From an uncultured delta proteobacterium (lineage in GTDB: Bacteria; Desulfobacterota; Binatia; Binatales; Binataceae), in assembly GCA_963711565.1 (NCBI GenBank), contig CAVQEQ010000003.1, positions 1,248,001 through 1,312,000 on the forward strand: a stretch of 64,000 nucleotides of DNA, read 5' to 3'. Shown piece after piece: positions 60,268 to 64,000 of this stretch (the stretch's first letter is position 1; every line of letters starts with the position of its first letter). The position numbers and the translations under genes were made by a program. The notes beneath the pieces are model-generated. The model worked only from the letters and a program-made list of their open reading frames with translations. It made no database searches and was not told the DNA's origin.

Positions 60268-60593
60268 GCAAATCTATCGATTACGAAGTAAGCAGCGGGA
60301 ACGTCTTTCGCGATCTTGGGCTGCCAGATGCGGATGAGCTCGACATCAAGGCGAACCTCGCGATCAAGATCGGCAAAATCATTGCGCAGCGCGGACTCAG
60401 CCAAATCAAAGCGGCGGCGGTACTGGGAATCGATCAGCCTAAAGTGTCCGCTATCGTCCGCGGGCGCCTGGAAAAATTCTCTATCGAGCGGCTCTGCCAA
60501 TTCCTGACCCGACTCGGCTGCGACGTGAACATCCGCGTGCAGGAAAAGCGCAAGTCAGCGCGAGGCAGAATGCGAATTCAGATTGCCAGCTGA
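60264..60593 (+). CDS. XRE-family HTH antitoxin
   Basis: SSGNVFRDLG, LSQIKAAAVLGIDQPKVS, FSIERL; ATGA overlap with the toxin gene. Confidence 0.9.
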   Translation: MSKSIDYEVSSGNVFRDLGLPDADELDIKANLAIKIGKIIAQRGLSQIKAAAVLGIDQPKVSAIVRGRLEKFSIERLCQFLTRLGCDVNIRVQEKRKSARGRMRIQIAS

Positions 60594-60643
60594 ACGTCGA
60601 ACTCGACGGAGAATAGTCCGTTAACATTTGCAACAAACCCGGA

Positions 60644-60997
60644 TCAGCGCGAGGTCTGCGGCAGGTGTCCCGCCGACACGGGATGCCAGCCCGGGCCGTG
60701 AATCATGTTCGCCATGAATCCCAGTATCCGAGCCTGATCGCCGGCGATCGCCGCCCGGGGTTGTATCCACACGCACGAGCAGTCGGTGCATGTCCCCAAT
60801 TTCATGTTTGGGTCTGGCGCGGGCAGGTTGCCGACACCTATTACATCGATTTCGCCAGGGAGCAGGTCTCGGAGCCACCTCCCCGAAATTCGACCGCCGC
60901 TGCACCTTTCCGGGCAGCGCGGTTCAGGGCGCCGTATCTTGGCAGTCCTCATTCTGGTTGGGGTGCGGCGACGACGACGCAGCATACGTGACGCCAT
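60644..60997 (-). CDS. small hypothetical protein with Arg-rich N-terminus and CxxxC/CxxC pairs
   Basis: Strong GAGGGAGG RBS ~10 nt before ATG; CPERC and CTDCSC. Confidence 0.55.
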   Translation of the reverse strand: MASRMLRRRRRTPTRMRTAKIRRPEPRCPERCSGGRISGRWLRDLLPGEIDVIGVGNLPAPDPNMKLGTCTDCSCVWIQPRAAIAGDQARILGFMANMIHGPGWHPVSAGHLPQTSR

Positions 60998-61035
60998 TAG
61001 AACAAGACCTCCCTCATCGTTTACTCTAAGAATTC

Positions 61036-61290
61036 GGGGGCTGGGATTGCTCCCAGCCCCCTGCCGTCACCACATCCGCCGCCCCACCACATCCTGTTAG
61101 GGCGCGAGTCTTTCCGCGCCTTGCTGGTTAAGTGGGTCCCGGAGAACTCCTCATCCGCATTTTCTCCGAGGACTAGCTAATTCTTTATGCGCCGCAAATG
61201 GCAAAATCCGCGTCCGCATCCACCTCATCATCGCCAGTCCTCTTCGAAAGCCCTCCCCCTCCACATTCTCCGGGACCCTTGAGACTCCTT
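61036..61290 (-). ncRNA. putative structured GGA-rich RNA in the nrdJ 3' region
   Basis: 13-bp closing helix GGGTCCCGGAGAA/TTCTCCGGGACCC, inner GAGGACT/AGTCCTC helix, two further hairpins, ~16 GGA. Confidence 0.4.
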
Positions 61291-61292
61291 TA

Positions 61293-64000
<2,708 letters not shown>

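Overview
GC-rich bacterial chromosome segment. The gene set (D-aminoacylase-type amidohydrolase, P450/ferredoxin, Thr/Ala-linker surface proteins, class II PhaC) resembles Candidatus Binatota/Binataceae, but this is inference only. It is mostly housekeeping and catabolic: pobA, a non-phosphorylative L-fucose-type cluster, cysK-larE-lnt-like-bioB-selD, gap-pgk-tpiA-secG-tRNA-Leu, queG, lutBCA, phaC and nrdJ. It also has two type II toxin-antitoxin pairs, one IS3-family element, a MITE and two large secreted adhesin-like proteins. Most unusual: (i) a DUF559/Vsr-like endonuclease gene bracketed by inverted palindromic repeats whose relatives are dispersed through the window, one in frame inside a gene; (ii) a secreted protein made of ~11 extremely Trp-rich 30-31 aa repeats; (iii) nested inverted repeats of several families around a small AT-richer island; (iv) a GGA-rich structured element downstream of nrdJ. 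Three 1-nt frameshifts (selD, nrdJ, an island gene) may be sequencing errors. Coordinates were read by eye and may be off by a few bases.
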